A stretch of 60,962 bases of DNA, filler included. It is 14 parts of 14 records of this genome, joined end to end, with 100 filler letters (N's around TTAATTAATTAA, not from the genome) between each part and the next. Parts side by side here need not be neighbours in the genome. Positions count along the whole stretch, not along the records: positions 33,586 to 37,873 come from SRR7504441_113959; positions 37,974 to 44,303 come from SRR7504441_113985; positions 44,404 to 49,600 come from SRR7504441_114128; 11 more parts are not named here. One strand, 5' to 3'. Position 1 is the stretch's first letter; each line of letters starts with the position of its first letter. Positions 33,590 through 46,527 of this stretch are shown here, in pieces. Under the pieces are notes generated by a model that was not told the DNA's origin, did not search any database, and worked only from the letters and a program-made list of their open reading frames with translations. Position numbers and translations under genes: made by a program.

Positions 33590-36500
33590 ATGGAGGTGAT
33601 CGACCTGACGCTAGACGACGAGACGCCGCCCGCCTCAAAGCGACCCAAGCTGGAGGCAAAGTCGCGCAAGCAGCCCAAGCTCGAATCGGACTTCGGCAGG
33701 TGCCGGATCCGCAGGCATCGGCTGGGTTGACACGCCGGCGGCAGGGCGCCGGAAGTGGTCTCCTTGGACGATGACGACCTGATCATGTATCCACCTGGCT
33801 ACGAAGCCGAACAAGCCCGCCCGGTGCGCAGCCGTTTCCGTGGCCTAGACGATACCTGAGATGGTTCTGGGGCAGGCTGCCGGCCCTGAGGAAATCGACG
33901 ATGACCTGGTCGTGACGGAGCAGCGCGGCTGCGCTCTAGTCGACATGGCGCATCCTCGATTCAGCTGTACGAAGTATCCGTTTAGTAGCGGATCGCGTGA
34001 GCTATTTTGTGACCACTGCTTCTGCTGGGTCTGCGACTGCAAAGCATGCGACTGCGAGGAGTGGGATGTGCACCAGAATGCGACGGATCAGGGCCCCACC
34101 GCAAGCACCTGGAAGGTAACAGCTAGATGCGCTCCAGACTTGCTCACCTATGCGGCTCCAGATGCAGCGATTGCTCAGGCAGAAGAGAGCGCAGAAGAAA
34201 CCTCCAGCAGTCGTTCGACCCAGCTTCACGCCAAACTATTCGATGGCCCCATCTAACGCCGCTCGGTCCAACAGAGTGCAGACTGGTCCGCGCCTTGCCA
34301 CCGACAATAGGGTGATGAAGCTCAGCGATGTTGAGCTGCGCTGTAAGGTGGCGGCTGCACTGAGTAGCCCTCACGGTGTTTTTCTGCAGATCAACCCGAA
34401 GCTTTCGCACAGTCAACCACCAGTCAAAGACTGGGGCGTCTTTTGGGATAAGTTCAGAGAGGCTGGATACCCTAAGAGCTTCATGGATCTCTTCCAAGGC
34501 CACCGCAGGTTGCAGCATCCATCCAATTTGCATGCATTCTCCTCTCTCTCTCCAATGGCGCCATTGTGCAAGCTCCTGGTCGGAATCGACAAGAAGAACG
34601 AGGAGATCCTTACCCAGCTTTCAGCGGTCGTGCTTGACGATGCTGTCAAGTGGACACTCCACGACACAACAGGCCAGAGGGTTGTCACCAACGGGCCGTT
34701 CTATGTGTCTGTCGATCTGACTGAGTTGGATAATGCCACTGCCAAAGCAACCATCACCTTCTACATTCTCCGAGAGCGGATTGCCAGCGGGGCAAGCGCT
34801 GACCGCCGAACTGAAATGTCTGCGTTGGGTTCTGGACTGATGAGCACGCTCTTCCCGAACCATTCTAGTATGGGTGCCGTCATGAAAGATGTTCGCAAAT
34901 TGGTGGAGAAGCTCAACGCCAAGAAATTCTCGACGAATGTGCTGATGGAACGGCTCGAACGGCCTGGAGACATGCCAGAGTCGCCAACTCCGCCTGGGCT
35001 TGAGGGCGAGCTGCGGCCATTTCAGCGCCAGAGTCTCCATTTCATGCTTCAAGAAGAACGCAATCCAAAGGGAATAGAAAGACACCTCTGGCATCAGTTG
35101 GATCTGCCTTCTGGAACAACCCTGTATTACTCACCCCTCATGAAGACGATTACTTTGCAACCTCCCGGGCCTGCCAGCACCGGTGGTTTTCTTTGTGAGG
35201 AGATGGGCTTGGGCAAGACTGTGGAGACGCTAGCTCTCGTGCTTGCCAATCCATATGATGACGAGGCTGGCGCACAGTCCATACGGAGGATGACCAAAGG
35301 GACTCTTGTTATTTGTCCAGTCAGTTTAGTAGGGCAATGGATCCAAGAGGCCAAGAAGTTCACCCCTCAGCTCTCTGTGTATATGTATCATGGCTCGGGT
35401 CGTAGCAGGGACCCTGCCAAACTGGCCACCTTTGATATAGTTGTGACAACCTACCAAACCTTAGGCGCCGATTATTCGCAGTGGACAAAGGCTCAGCTCG
35501 TACGCAAGTCGCCTCCGATGCCTGCCCTAACGAATCTTCACTGGCATCGCGTGGTGTTGGACGAATCACACTCGATCAAAAATAAGAAGGGCGCCTTCAC
35601 CAGGGCCTGTCTCCAACTCGAGGGCACGCACAGATGGTGCGCGACCGGAACACCCTTCACGTCCAACCTGAGCGACCTTGAGGGCCAGCTAGCTTTCCTG
35701 AGGATGCACCCCTTTGCCACCGAACCCGCATCCTTTAAGAAGTACATTCTGAATACCTTAGAGAGTGCACTTCACACGTCAGACTACCACCGCCGTCTGT
35801 ATTCAACAGAGACTGCCTTCGCGATCCATTTGCTTCAGCAGTGCACAGTCAGGCATGTCAAGACCAACACTGTTGGTGGCGTGAAAGTGCTGTCACTGCC
35901 TCCCCGCATTGATCGCAGCATCATGGTGGAGCTTAGCCTGCAGGAGCGCACCTTGTACGAAAAGGTTGCAAGCGACTCTCTGGCGAGCTTCCGCAGCATC
36001 GAACGAGGGGGCGACACAGCATTGATGAAGGCCACCTTTCGTCTCCACTCACTCATGCTACCCCTTCGACAAATCTGCGGCGGTGAGCCCGCATAGTGAG
36101 CATCTGCCTATGATTGACTGGTTTCTGTGACAGGAGGAAAGTTTGCGTACTCTGGAGCTGCGTCACCAGCTGGTCCTGTCGGAGACGCTGATGGAAACGG
36201 CTTGCCCTACTGCGATGACACTCCGAATGACCACGAGTGCGTCATCTGCCAGGACTCGTTTCAGAATCCTGTCAAAACGAAATGCAAGTAAGTTGCCTGC
36301 ATTCCCCATGTTTGCTACTGATTGTGGCGTGTTCAGTCATTGGTTCTGCCAAGAATGCTTACTGGGTTTTTTCAATACAACGCCCAATGCCCAGACTTGT
36401 CCAATCTGTCGCGCTTCTGCAAATCGATCGGACCTGCGGCGACCTAAGCCACATACTACGGACTGCACAGCTCTTGCTGTCCTTCAGTCGGGCCAAAACG

Positions 36501-37325
36501 ACCAGAATAAGCTTCAGGCAGGAGAAATGATGATTGAAAGTAAAGTCATGCGCCTGATTGCCGAAATTCAGGAAGTACTCGCCAATGACGGCACCTCCAA
36601 GATTCTCGTCTTTAGTCAGTTCCATAGTGCCATCGAGTGGCTCCAGACAGTGTTAACACGCGAGGGCTTCGAGTATAGAACCATTGTGAGTGCATCTGCA
36701 TTCTGTTTTCCAGAGCTGACTGTGTGCTTGTTTAGAATGGGGCGATGCCTCTCCGGAAGCGTGCCAAGGCCATTGAGGCGTTTCAGAATGACCCTCCGAC
36801 CACAATCTTCTTGCTCTCCGTACGCTCGGGGGCTGTGAGTGTAGCATGGGCCGTGCAATTTGTTGAGTCCTTTTTCCAGGTGGGAATCAACTTGACAGCC
36901 GCCAACCACGTCTTTATGCTAGATGCACTGCTTAATCCGTCTCTAGAGAAGCAAGCCATTGGGCGGGTGAGCAACCTTTTAGTCTGTGTCTCTTGAACTC
37001 GATGCACAGGTGCACCGGATGGGGCAGCAGCGCCCTGTGACAATTCACAAGATGTGCATCAAGAATAGCATCGAAGAACGAATTGCAGCTGTTGTCAAAC
37101 GCCGATGCTCCAACTCCAAGGCTGGCGAGCAGGATGATGTGACTGCAGCAATGCTCGGTGGCAAGAAGCGCGCCGCTGCCCGGAATGCCACAATCGCTGG
37201 CTCTCTCAAGGTGACAGTACCATAACCCAGTTCCTCCACCTCACTTGTATGATGCACAGGCGGACAAACAAGTGCTCCGGACGCAAGAGTACAAATACCT
37301 CTTTGGGGCCAGCACAAGCCTCTGA
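33590..37325 (+). CDS. RING-containing SNF2 helicase (Rad5/Rad16/HLTF/SHPRH-like), spliced
   Basis: GGFLCEEMGLGKT, TLVICP, VVLDESH, RWCATGTP; RING (CVICQD..HWFCQEC..CPICR); HelicC (ILVFSQF, GINLTAAN, QAIGR|VHRMGQ). Confidence 0.9.
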
Positions 37326-38287
37326 GCACAAGCCTCTGATGATAAGAATACAACTTTTTCCGAGAGACGCCTGCTTCCATGCTTATGTACTGTAGCCAGG
37401 CGGGAACTCAAACTCGTCATGCACTGATTTTCATCAAGATCGCGTGCCCAAATTGATTAACTCAGAACTGCTGCATTAGCGTTCAATACGTACACAGGCC
37501 TTAGAGGGCCACGGATCCACTCGTGCCTAAGATCAATGCCTGATCGTAGCCCGATCGAATACCGATCGAAGTGTCCATGGATGATGTCTAGATTTGAACA
37601 GACGCTTCTTCTCGTATAATAAAATTGTCGTTTATTTAAAGGCCATGCCGCATGAACTAGCTAATTAGAGTCTCCAAGGTCAAATCCATCTAATTCATGT
37701 AAGCTACATGTACATGTAAGCATCAAGGCTAGCGGCATCCGATACTTCGCTGCTGTCCAGCTGGCGAACCATATGATGACACATGTTTTCACCATCCTGC
37801 ACGCACGGGATGCATTCGGTCTTGCCGCTGCTGGGCTGGTGCATCTAGCGTCAGGTCGATCACCTCCATCTCCNNNNNNNNNNNNNNNNNNNNNNNNNNN
37901 NNNNNNNNNNNNNNNNNTTAATTAATTAANNNNNNNNNNNNNNNNNNNNNNNNNNNNNNNNNNNNNNNNNNNNGGACACTTTAATCGCGTAAAGGCCTCA
38001 CACGCGCAACCGGGATCACAATCATAGGACAATAGGAATGGTGCGGATGCTGCCTATCGCTGCATAGCCTACCAGCTGCGGGAGGGGCGGCGGCACCGAG
38101 GAGGTCGACGGGGTTGCAGCTGGTCCGGAGCTGGTTCCGGACGTCGCGGGTCAAGTTGTCCCCGGACCCCGGGTACGCCGGTACGCTCGGGTATTACTGT
38201 ACTTGGTATCGATATTAAACCGCTGCGGACTGAGAGTCTTCCGTTGTCGTGCCCGCCGAGCACAACCGTCGGATGTCTGGTATTTGC

Positions 38288-40460
38288 ATGAGCGCACGAG
38301 CGCCCTGCTGCGGGGATTCCGCGCCAGCCACCGACGCCGAGCCTCCTGAAGAGACCAGCCCGAGAGACCAAGTCGAATTATCGCTCGTCGACACCGCCGC
38401 CTGCCCTCAGGCGCCCGCGGAAACGGCAGGTCAGTCGGCCCAACCACCAGCAGTGGTCGGTCCGACTGACCAGGCTGTGGGCGCCGCGCCTGGCCAAAGT
38501 TTCAACATAGCTGCGGAGCTAGTCCAATCTGAGTCCCTGGGGGATGTGTGTCTCGACCTCCACCACCCAGATGTCACCGTGGTCGGCCGACATCTGTTCA
38601 CCGAAGACAATCATCGTGCGCGTGCCGCCCGATTTGAGCCAGCAGTGTGCAGTTGTGTTTGACTACCCTGGCGTGTACCTGACCTTCCTCTTTGTCGGCA
38701 AGAAGGTCACAATCCGAATGGTCGGCCACCCATCGTACTGCTGCAGTGACATGCTCGCACTGCAGGACGGCGGCGGTGGGCTGTTCAACGTTATTCTGGA
38801 TTCGTTCAGCACAGGGCTGCGTCAAAACTTCCCGCTGGCTACCGAGTTTGCGACCAAGGACTACCTGCTGTTTGACGGCCTTGGGCCTGGGGTGTGGCCA
38901 ACAGGTGCCTGGCTACTGAGCTCGGGTTGGGTCAGGCACACCAGCTGTTCCTTATTAAACGAACAGAGCCAGTGATGCGAAGCTACGTCGGCGAATTTGA
39001 CCCAGTTGTCATAGAACAGGTGAGCAGTAAAGCCAGTCCGAACCCGCGAGCCAGTCTGGTAGGTCAACCTCATCCAGGGGCACGTGCTGCCTGCTCGTGC
39101 CCGTGTGTCGCGGAGGATTGAATTTGTGGGCGACTCAGATACCGCTGGATACCAGGCAGCCTATCTAGAACGTCAGATATTAACCTGAGGCGTTCACGCG
39201 TGCAGGTGCGAGCTCGGCCTCAGGTGGAGGACCCCAACTGCCACAACCAGGATATTTGCCTCAGCTTTGCGTGGGTTGCTGCAGATCTACTCCAGGCAGA
39301 AGGATCGTATATTTGCTGGTCTGGCCGGGTGTGCCACGCGCTGTAACATTGGTGAGTGGTTCTGCCTCAGGGACTTAAGAGAAATGCGTGCCATTGGGTG
39401 CAGTGCTTCTTCCTGTGTGACACTGTGGTTGTTCCTGAAGTGTACACCCGCAGCCTTGCGTTTGATAAGCATTCGACATTGCTAGACGAAGCGTGGGAAG
39501 AATGGCAGCCGGCAGCTGTTGTAGTGAGTGCCAGTGTCGCTGTTATTCCAGTCTCTGAACACGAGCCTGAAATTGTTGTCATGGGTCCCTGTAGGATCTG
39601 CTTACGATTAGAGCGTCAGTTCCCTGTCAGCCTCGGCCTGGTAGAGCTTAATCACTCACCCGGATCCCTTTGCAGATTCTCTTGGGCGCCAACGATTATC
39701 TGGGCCAGTGCTGGTCGCCAAATGATGAGGATTTCATTGTGGCCTACATGGATCTAGTCAAAACCATCCACGAGCGACGGCCACAGGCCACCATTCACTG
39801 CTTGTCACCCTGTGACTCGATTGTGAGCAACTGTGCTGTGCCTTCTTTGTGATGGTTCCACCCTTCCAGGTAAGCGGGGAGGCTCCTTGTGGATGCTGTG
39901 GTTGTAATAACAGCCAGTCGAAAATCGCATCTATTCTGGCTCAAAATCTTGAGGAGGTGCGTTGAGGGAAGGAATCGCTGCTGAGAACAGTGGAATCTAG
40001 GTTGTGAGAAGATGCAATAACTTGGAAGGACTGAGCGGGAAGGTTTATCAGCATATAATTGGGGACAACCTTGGCGACGGACTCTTTGCTAGAGACGGTT
40101 CGTGGGGTGGTGAAAAGCACTGGGGAGCCTCAGGTCAGATATTTTTGTAGTTTAACTTCTGAATATGTTTGCTTCAGGCCATGAGGATGTGGGACATGAT
40201 GTGGCTTTACACTTAGCAGGTCAGACCATGGACTTAAGATTGAATCATTTTGCTTGATTCCAGGTGTTCATGGCTGGACGGTTCGGGAGGAGCATTTAAA
40301 ATTATCAAACCCGGAATGCACACTCGAGGACGCAAGGGCGCACAGACCTTTGCATATCATGTCATCACCCGATTTATCCCTTCCTGGGCGGGTGGATACT
40401 GGTGTAAACGACCCTGATGCTGAAGTGGACCCAGCGAGTGCCACGTATTCATCATTCTAG
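38288..40460 (+). CDS. SGNH/GDSL hydrolase (CE2-like acetyl esterase), many short introns, ends uncertain
   Basis: FDYPGVY N-terminal beta domain. RRIEFVGDSDTAGY block I (about 39110-39152). ILLGANDY block III. Confidence 0.6.
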
Positions 40461-40942
40461 GTTCTACGATGTATCAATTGAATCTGACTCTTTATCTTTT
40501 GAACAACACTAAAACAACACCGCAATAATAATACTTGTCACGATTCATTCGCGATTGTGCTACAATTTAGGACTCCTTGAGGGATTCTAGTTAATATTAG
40601 AACTACATGATTGTAATTAAGTACACACAATCATACTCGTACGAGTACGTAGCATGATATATCGATATCCATTGATCATCAGCATGCTTTCTTGAGGACC
40701 GCATCCTCAAGCGCATGCATTCCGTAATTACTAAGAATAAATTCAGAACTCACGCACCAAGGGTTCAAAGGATTTGATCTAATATTTTTAAATTACATAT
40801 TCAGAAATTCAGTGTTCGCGATCAAATTGAGTTTCGAGTTCTTCCCGCGTTTGAATACTATCCAATGTTAAAGCCTCCAATTCAACTCAATAAGGCAAGC
40901 AATACCGTAAAATGATCAGCCGTAGTGACAAACGGTTTCAAT

Positions 40943-42478
40943 TTACAAGCGAGCGCGTGTGTTTGGTACAATGTGGTCAAATTTGCGATACTTTGCTATA
41001 TTCTTGTTCTCGCCACTCACCATTGCCCCCATCACGGACGATGTCTTCTTATCGAGCTCTTCCTTTGCTATAGTGTTAAGATGAACAATGTCAGCTGTCA
41101 CAATTCACATAGTTAGTCACCAGCAAACGAACCAGCTACAAGCAACGGCTATTACGTCCATCTGCGAGCCGAACATGCCGAACATGAGTGAAGAGATCCG
41201 TGAGCTTGGAATCTTGACTTACTCCATGAGCTCCGTGGATTTGAATTGCTTCATCGATGATCTTGAGGCACATTCTTGGGGCGTCGACCTTAGTCATCGC
41301 AATGAATGATTTAGCCGCTTTGAATCCGTTCTGGTCTGCTTGCACAGCAGCTAGATAGCACAGCAAACGTGATTTGGTTATCTCCAACCGAGCTTCAGCA
41401 ACTGTTTGCCGAAGAGTAGCATGCCGAGAGAAGACCTTCCCGAAGGCTGTGCGTCTGTGTGCCCGGTGCACAATCGAATCCAGGGCTTGCTCGGCTGTGC
41501 CAATCGTACGCATACAGTGATGAATTCTACCGGGCCCCAGCCGACCTTGCGCGATCTCGAATCCACGGCCTTCCCCAAGGAGCATGTTTGTCACCGGCAC
41601 ACGGACATTTTCGAATACAATCTCCGCATGGTCATGAATGTGGCCAAACACAGCAAGTGGTCTTACTATTTTCACCCCCGGAGCATCTCGAGGCACAAGG
41701 ATCATGGAATGCTGCTTGTGGATGGAGCTGCTCCGGCCAGGCACCGGGGGGCTGCGGCCGAGAAAGATAAACACCTTGCACTCAGGGCGGCAGGCTCCGC
41801 TGATATACCATTTGTGTCCATTGATCACGTACTCGTCGCCATCCCGTTCTATGGTTGCGGAGATATTCGTGGCATCACTGCTGGCAACGCCAGGCTCTGT
41901 CATTGCATAGGCACTGCGCATACTCCCCTCTAGCAGCGGATCCAACCACGTGGCCTTCTGTTCAGCGGTGCCGTACTTGAGGAGGACTTCCATATTACCT
42001 GTATCCGGAGCAGAGCAGTTCATCGCAGCGTTGGCCAGCGGAAACGCCCCGAAGATTTCTGCTAGTGGTGCATACCTACCCCAGACTCAGCTGGCCCACT
42101 TGATCATACATACTCGAGCACACTCAGTTGGCCCACCTCAGGCAGAAAGAAATTGTATAATCCACGCTCCCGAGCTTTCTGCCGCAGCTCGGCCAATATG
42201 GGTGGCTGCGCCGCCCACACTTCGTGCTGTGCGTACTCAGCGTCTTCGCCGGGCTCCGGTTGGCGGCAGCGCTGGACCCGCTGCACTTCCGCCCGGCGTT
42301 GCTGCCGGTAGGTCCGCTGGGCCGGAATGATGTCCTCTTTGATAAACTCAATGATCCGCTTGCGCACCGAGAAGAAGTTGGGGCTGAGCCGCCCACGGAA
42401 CGGCTCCAGCTCGGCGGGGACATGATCGGGATCCAAAATGTAGCCAAGCGGCTGGGGGGGTGGGGTGGGCTGGGCCAT
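40943..42478 (-). CDS. Acyl-CoA dehydrogenase, ACAD10/11-type, likely peroxisomal
   Basis: [56 protein letters not shown]. Spliced C-terminus ends -ARL (PTS1-like). Confidence 0.9.
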
Positions 42479-42571
42479 AGCTACCTGTCCACTGCGCACC
42501 GTTCAGTTGCCGTTGGTTGCAGCTAGCAGTGGGATCGCCGCCACTGGCTACGTAGCACTGCCAGCGGCAGG

Positions 42572-43543
42572 ATGCGCCGGGTGGTGTTCCTGGGGACGCC
42601 CCCGATCGCCGCCACTTGCCTGGATCGGCTTCTCGCCGCAGCTGCCGTGCAGGGCTTCGAGGTGGCCGGAGTAGTCACCCAGCCGCCGCAGCCGGCCGGC
42701 CGGAGGATGCGGAAAACTCCGTCGGCGGTCCAGCTGCGCGCCGAGGCCAGCCAGTGCCCGGTGCTCACCCCGCACAGTCCGGGCGATCCAGACTTCCTCG
42801 CAGCCATCGGTGCCCTCCGGCCGGACCTGTGCATCACCGCAGCCTATGGCAGCAAGCTACCTGCAGCTTTTTTGGACATCCCGCGGCTCGGCACCCTCAA
42901 CATCCATCCGTCACTGCTTCCCAAGTACCGTGGCCCAGCCCCTGTCCAGCGGGCACTCGAAGTGGGCGAGCGGCACACCGGAGTCACTGTAGCCCGCACC
43001 GTGCTCGCGATGGATGCGGGACCCGTGCTGCGCCAGGTGGAACGTCGGCTGGAAGGGGACGAGAGAAGCACGGAGCTCCTGCCCGAGCTGTTTGATCTGG
43101 GAACCAGCCAGCTGCTCAACGCACTGCCAGCGGTGTGGTCAGGAGCGTGGCTGTCGGAGCTGGTCGAGCAGGAGCACACTGCAGCATCGCATGCTCCCAA
43201 GATCAGCCGGCAAGAGGCCAAACTAGACCTTGAGACAACCACAGCACAAGAGGTGCATAATCGAGCCCGAGGATTCAGCGACTGGCCTGGCGTATGGTGC
43301 CTGCTGCAGATAGGCGGCCAGCCAGGAGTGCGAGCCAAACTCAACCGGACACGGTTGGCTACTACGGGGGAGGCAACAGAAGGCTCTCAAAGGATTGAGT
43401 TGAGTGTGAACGGCTTCCTCGAGTTTGTTTGTGGGGATGGAACCCGCTTTGAGGTGGAAGAACTCACGCTTCCGGGAAAAAAGCCCGTAGGCGCGAAGGA
43501 CTTTTGGAATGGACTCAATGGTCGCGAGGTTGTGTGGTTATGA
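42572..43543 (+). CDS. fmt: Methionyl-tRNA formyltransferase (organellar)
   Basis: VVFLGTP, VVTQP, TAAYG, NIHPSLLPKYRGPAPVQ, MDAGP. Confidence 0.93.
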   Translation: MRRVVFLGTPPIAATCLDRLLAAAAVQGFEVAGVVTQPPQPAGRRMRKTPSAVQLRAEASQCPVLTPHSPGDPDFLAAIGALRPDLCITAAYGSKLPAAFLDIPRLGTLNIHPSLLPKYRGPAPVQRALEVGERHTGVTVARTVLAMDAGPVLRQVERRLEGDERSTELLPELFDLGTSQLLNALPAVWSGAWLSELVEQEHTAASHAPKISRQEAKLDLETTTAQEVHNRARGFSDWPGVWCLLQIGGQPGVRAKLNRTRLATTGEATEGSQRIELSVNGFLEFVCGDGTRFEVEELTLPGKKPVGAKDFWNGLNGREVVWL

Positions 43544-43867
43544 CAACTCGTACAGGAGCCGGTGTCGCTCGTTTTGACACAGTTTGCGAATCACAAGAAT
43601 TATTATAACCACGTACTTAATTATTTAAAGGGGACTCTTTATTGGTGACTTTCATTGGTGATCATTAAATTAGTTTGTGTGTTGATGCATGTTAAGCTCA
43701 GTATTGCTGACAATAATCATGTTTCGCATTCCTGATGCGTTTGATAATCGTCTTAGCTTCTAGACCCGTCGTCGTGTGCAGCAAGCAGATGTCATGACAG
43801 ACTAGTCTTCTGCAGAAGCTGACTCACGCTGTGATCAAACAGTGGTAGAAGCGTAGTTGATCGCATT

Positions 43868-44303
43868 TTAGTCATGATGACCTTTTGCTTCTAGATCCTG
43901 CTGCTGTTCTTCGGGGTCGTCTGAGGCCACTAATGCCGGTGCAAATGGGACAAAATGGCTCGGCCTTTCACCCAAACCTCCAGGAGCAGGAGGGCTGCTA
44001 CTAATTGCTGTTGTAGAAATTTGATTTGGAAGTGGAGGCAGCACAGGAGCATTAGCAACTAGGTCTTCTAACTCTGCTTCCAAGGTCTCCAATGTCTTTT
44101 TCTTACTAGAGTGTGCTGTCTCTATCTTCGACTCTGTTTCCAGAGCTTCACGCACCTAAGATTCAGCAATGAGCAACAGGTATTCACTTCTACTAGAAGG
44201 CGTACCTCTTGCTCCAAAGCATTTGTTTTATCCTCGGTCTTCTCGTCTTGGTCATCTTGCTTCATTTCCTGTCAATCACACTCAAAATGGGCCCTAAGCA
44301 TTC
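43868..44303 (-). CDS. C-terminal exons of a coiled-coil protein, 5' truncated
   Basis: Charged helical ORF pieces separated by short GT-AG-like gaps. No family recognised. Confidence 0.4.
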
Positions 44304-44511
44304 NNNNNNNNNNNNNNNNNNNNNNNNNNNNNNNNNNNNNNNNNNNNTTAATTAATTAANNNNNNNNNNNNNNNNNNNNNNNNNNNNNNNNNNNNNNNNN
44401 NNNGCCGGCTCGTCCAAGAGATTTTCGGTGAGCTCCATTGTTGGGACAGCTCGGACGCGGCAGATTGTCAGTTGCGTGCCGTTGCTACTGCCGTTGCTAC
44501 TGGCAACGGCA

Positions 44512-46275
44512 ATGCCAGTACCGGCTTCTCTCTCGTACCGCCGGAAGGGCAAGGGCAAGGGCCTGAACCTGGACCCGATCGACAAGGTGCTCGGGCTGGA
44601 CGAGAGCGGACTGCGCGAAGTGCTCACCCAGTCGGAGCACCGCCAACAGAACCCGGACCCGCACTGTCACCCGCGGCAGCGCTGGATCTACACCCATCAA
44701 CCGGTCTGCGGCCCCGAGCTGGTGGCGCTCTGCCGGAGCAAGGCCGACTGCGTGGCGCTCGGGCTCCGGTTGCTCGGGGCGCCCGATCCGGAGTTCTGGC
44801 TGGCCGCGGCCGAGTATGACCACTGCTTGGATCGCGGGGCTCTGCTGGCTAGCGACTTGGACCGGGTGGCGGCCGGGCAGGGCGAGTGGCTGGTCGATGT
44901 TGAATGCATCCGGCGCGCGGTCGAACAGGAAGAGGTGGTCTCTGGGCCTGGTGCAGCACCGGAGGCAGCACCGGAGGCAGCGCCGGAGGCAGCACCACAG
45001 GGAGGCAAGGGCAAGGGCCCCAAAGGCGGCCCGCCCACCAGAGGGAAAGGGAAATCCAGGATTCTTTTGCCAGGGCAACCGGGCTTACATCCGACAGGGC
45101 CGACCTCCGAGCTGCCACCGGCGGAGCGCGCGGCTGCTTTTGCCAGGGCCACAGGGCTCTCAGTGCTCGAAGGCTCAACTACAGTTCAGATCAGAGTGAC
45201 GGCGATCGACGGCGCGGAGAGCATCAAGATGAAGGCGGGTGAGCCATGGGGCAGCCCCTGAGTGAACGTACAGGTGATAGCGGAATTGGCGGCACGCCGT
45301 GTGCGGTGCTTTCCGGAGGACATCGTTGATTCAGCGGTGGAAGGCCTTTCCGCCCTCACCGACCAGATTGACGGTTGGACTGCATCTGCAGTGCAGTTTG
45401 AAGAGCTTAACCAGTGCAGTGCAGTGCAGAATGAAGAGCAGTTTAAAATTCAGATGCGGGCCAAGTGGAGTTTAAAGATTGAAATTGGGTACATTCGTGG
45501 AGATGAGCGATGCACGGCCGCAGCCGAGCGGTTTGAGGCTGGACTGGAGCAGATATATAAGGGCAAGGGCAAGGGACCTGGCAAGGATATTGGAATCTGG
45601 GGCACGCACAGCGGGTCGATCGGTCTAGAGTTCCTCCAGGCAAACCCGGTGCCGAGCCAAGCAGCTTACTGGCCCGGGCAGCCATCAACCACACCGCCTG
45701 GAGATGAGCAGCAGGTGTTCAGGGCCTTCGGCAAGCAGATTGAGGCCAACCGGGCTGCCGGAGCGATGTCGGCACCGCAGAGCTTTGACGATGTGCTTGA
45801 CCGTGCCTGCTGTGAGAGGCTGATTAAGCATGTAGACAAAGCGCACCTCCTGGCCAGACAAGACGACTTCAAGCTGACAGTGCCGATGGGCAAGCTGGTC
45901 GAGCTGATCGGTCGGTCTGCAAAGCCTCGCAGCTGGTTTAGATGAGGGCCAGGTGAGGCGCGGGTGGCGGCGCTGAAGCGGCTGTTTGAGCAAGAAGTGA
46001 GTGAGGTCAAGATCCGGCGAGTGCAGCCGCACGGTGGAAGGTGCATTAACTTCCACATGGACTTCGCGCTCCGCACCATGCAGGTCGCTCTGAATGGGCC
46101 TGAGACGTACAGTGGAGGCAAGCTGGTCTATGCCACTGCTGATGGACTGGTGTGGCCGACTAGGCTCGCTGGATCGGCCACACTGCATGACAATACAATC
46201 CCTCATGGCGTGAGCGCGCATACAGCCGGATTGCGGTACGGCCTGTTTTTCTTGCAAAAGGATGTGCTGCCGTAG
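44512..46275 (+). CDS. Protein with a C-terminal 2OG-Fe(II) oxygenase domain, spliced
   Basis: HxD (NFHMD), YSGGKL, distal HGV and RYGLFF. GKGKG and APEA repeats upstream. Introns near 45235-45280 and 45911-45952. Confidence 0.7.
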
Positions 46276-46527
46276 TCTATCGGTCTTGAAAGTCGTTTGC
46301 TGAACCCACTCTTAGTGAGTGAGGCTACCCTACGTATACGGGGATTCTAGGGGTGCGTTGAAATTAGTGCAAGCAAAGCATGAAAGTCACGGCCCAAAAC
46401 AAGTGAGCACTACTATAGAAGAAGACCGATTAGATTACGAGCACCCATTTAGATCTCTATCTAGATAACCCGACTAGTGGAGCACGAGCAGGCCTGTGTA
46501 CACAATCATAAGCGAGACTTGCAATCG

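Noticed and set aside
27514..37325. BRCA2 near a SNF2/RING helicase as a DNA-repair gene cluster
   Set aside because: They lie on different contigs separated by artificial linkers.
40682..40720. Hairpin catgc..ttgagga-ccgca-tcctcaa..gcatg as a terminator or MITE
   Set aside because: Short, single copy, no target-site duplication, and eukaryotic context.
44490..44510. X-box-like inverted repeat ccGTTGCTACTGGCAACgg upstream of the oxygenase gene
   Set aside because: Single instance overlapping a tandem duplication. No evidence for an RFX factor in this lineage.
45235..45280. In-frame TGA at 45259 as selenocysteine or readthrough, or as proof of a GC donor
   Set aside because: The TGA falls inside a ~40-nt intron. 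Both 45235-45273 (GC-AG) and 45239-45280 (GT-AG) restore the frame, so it is uninformative.
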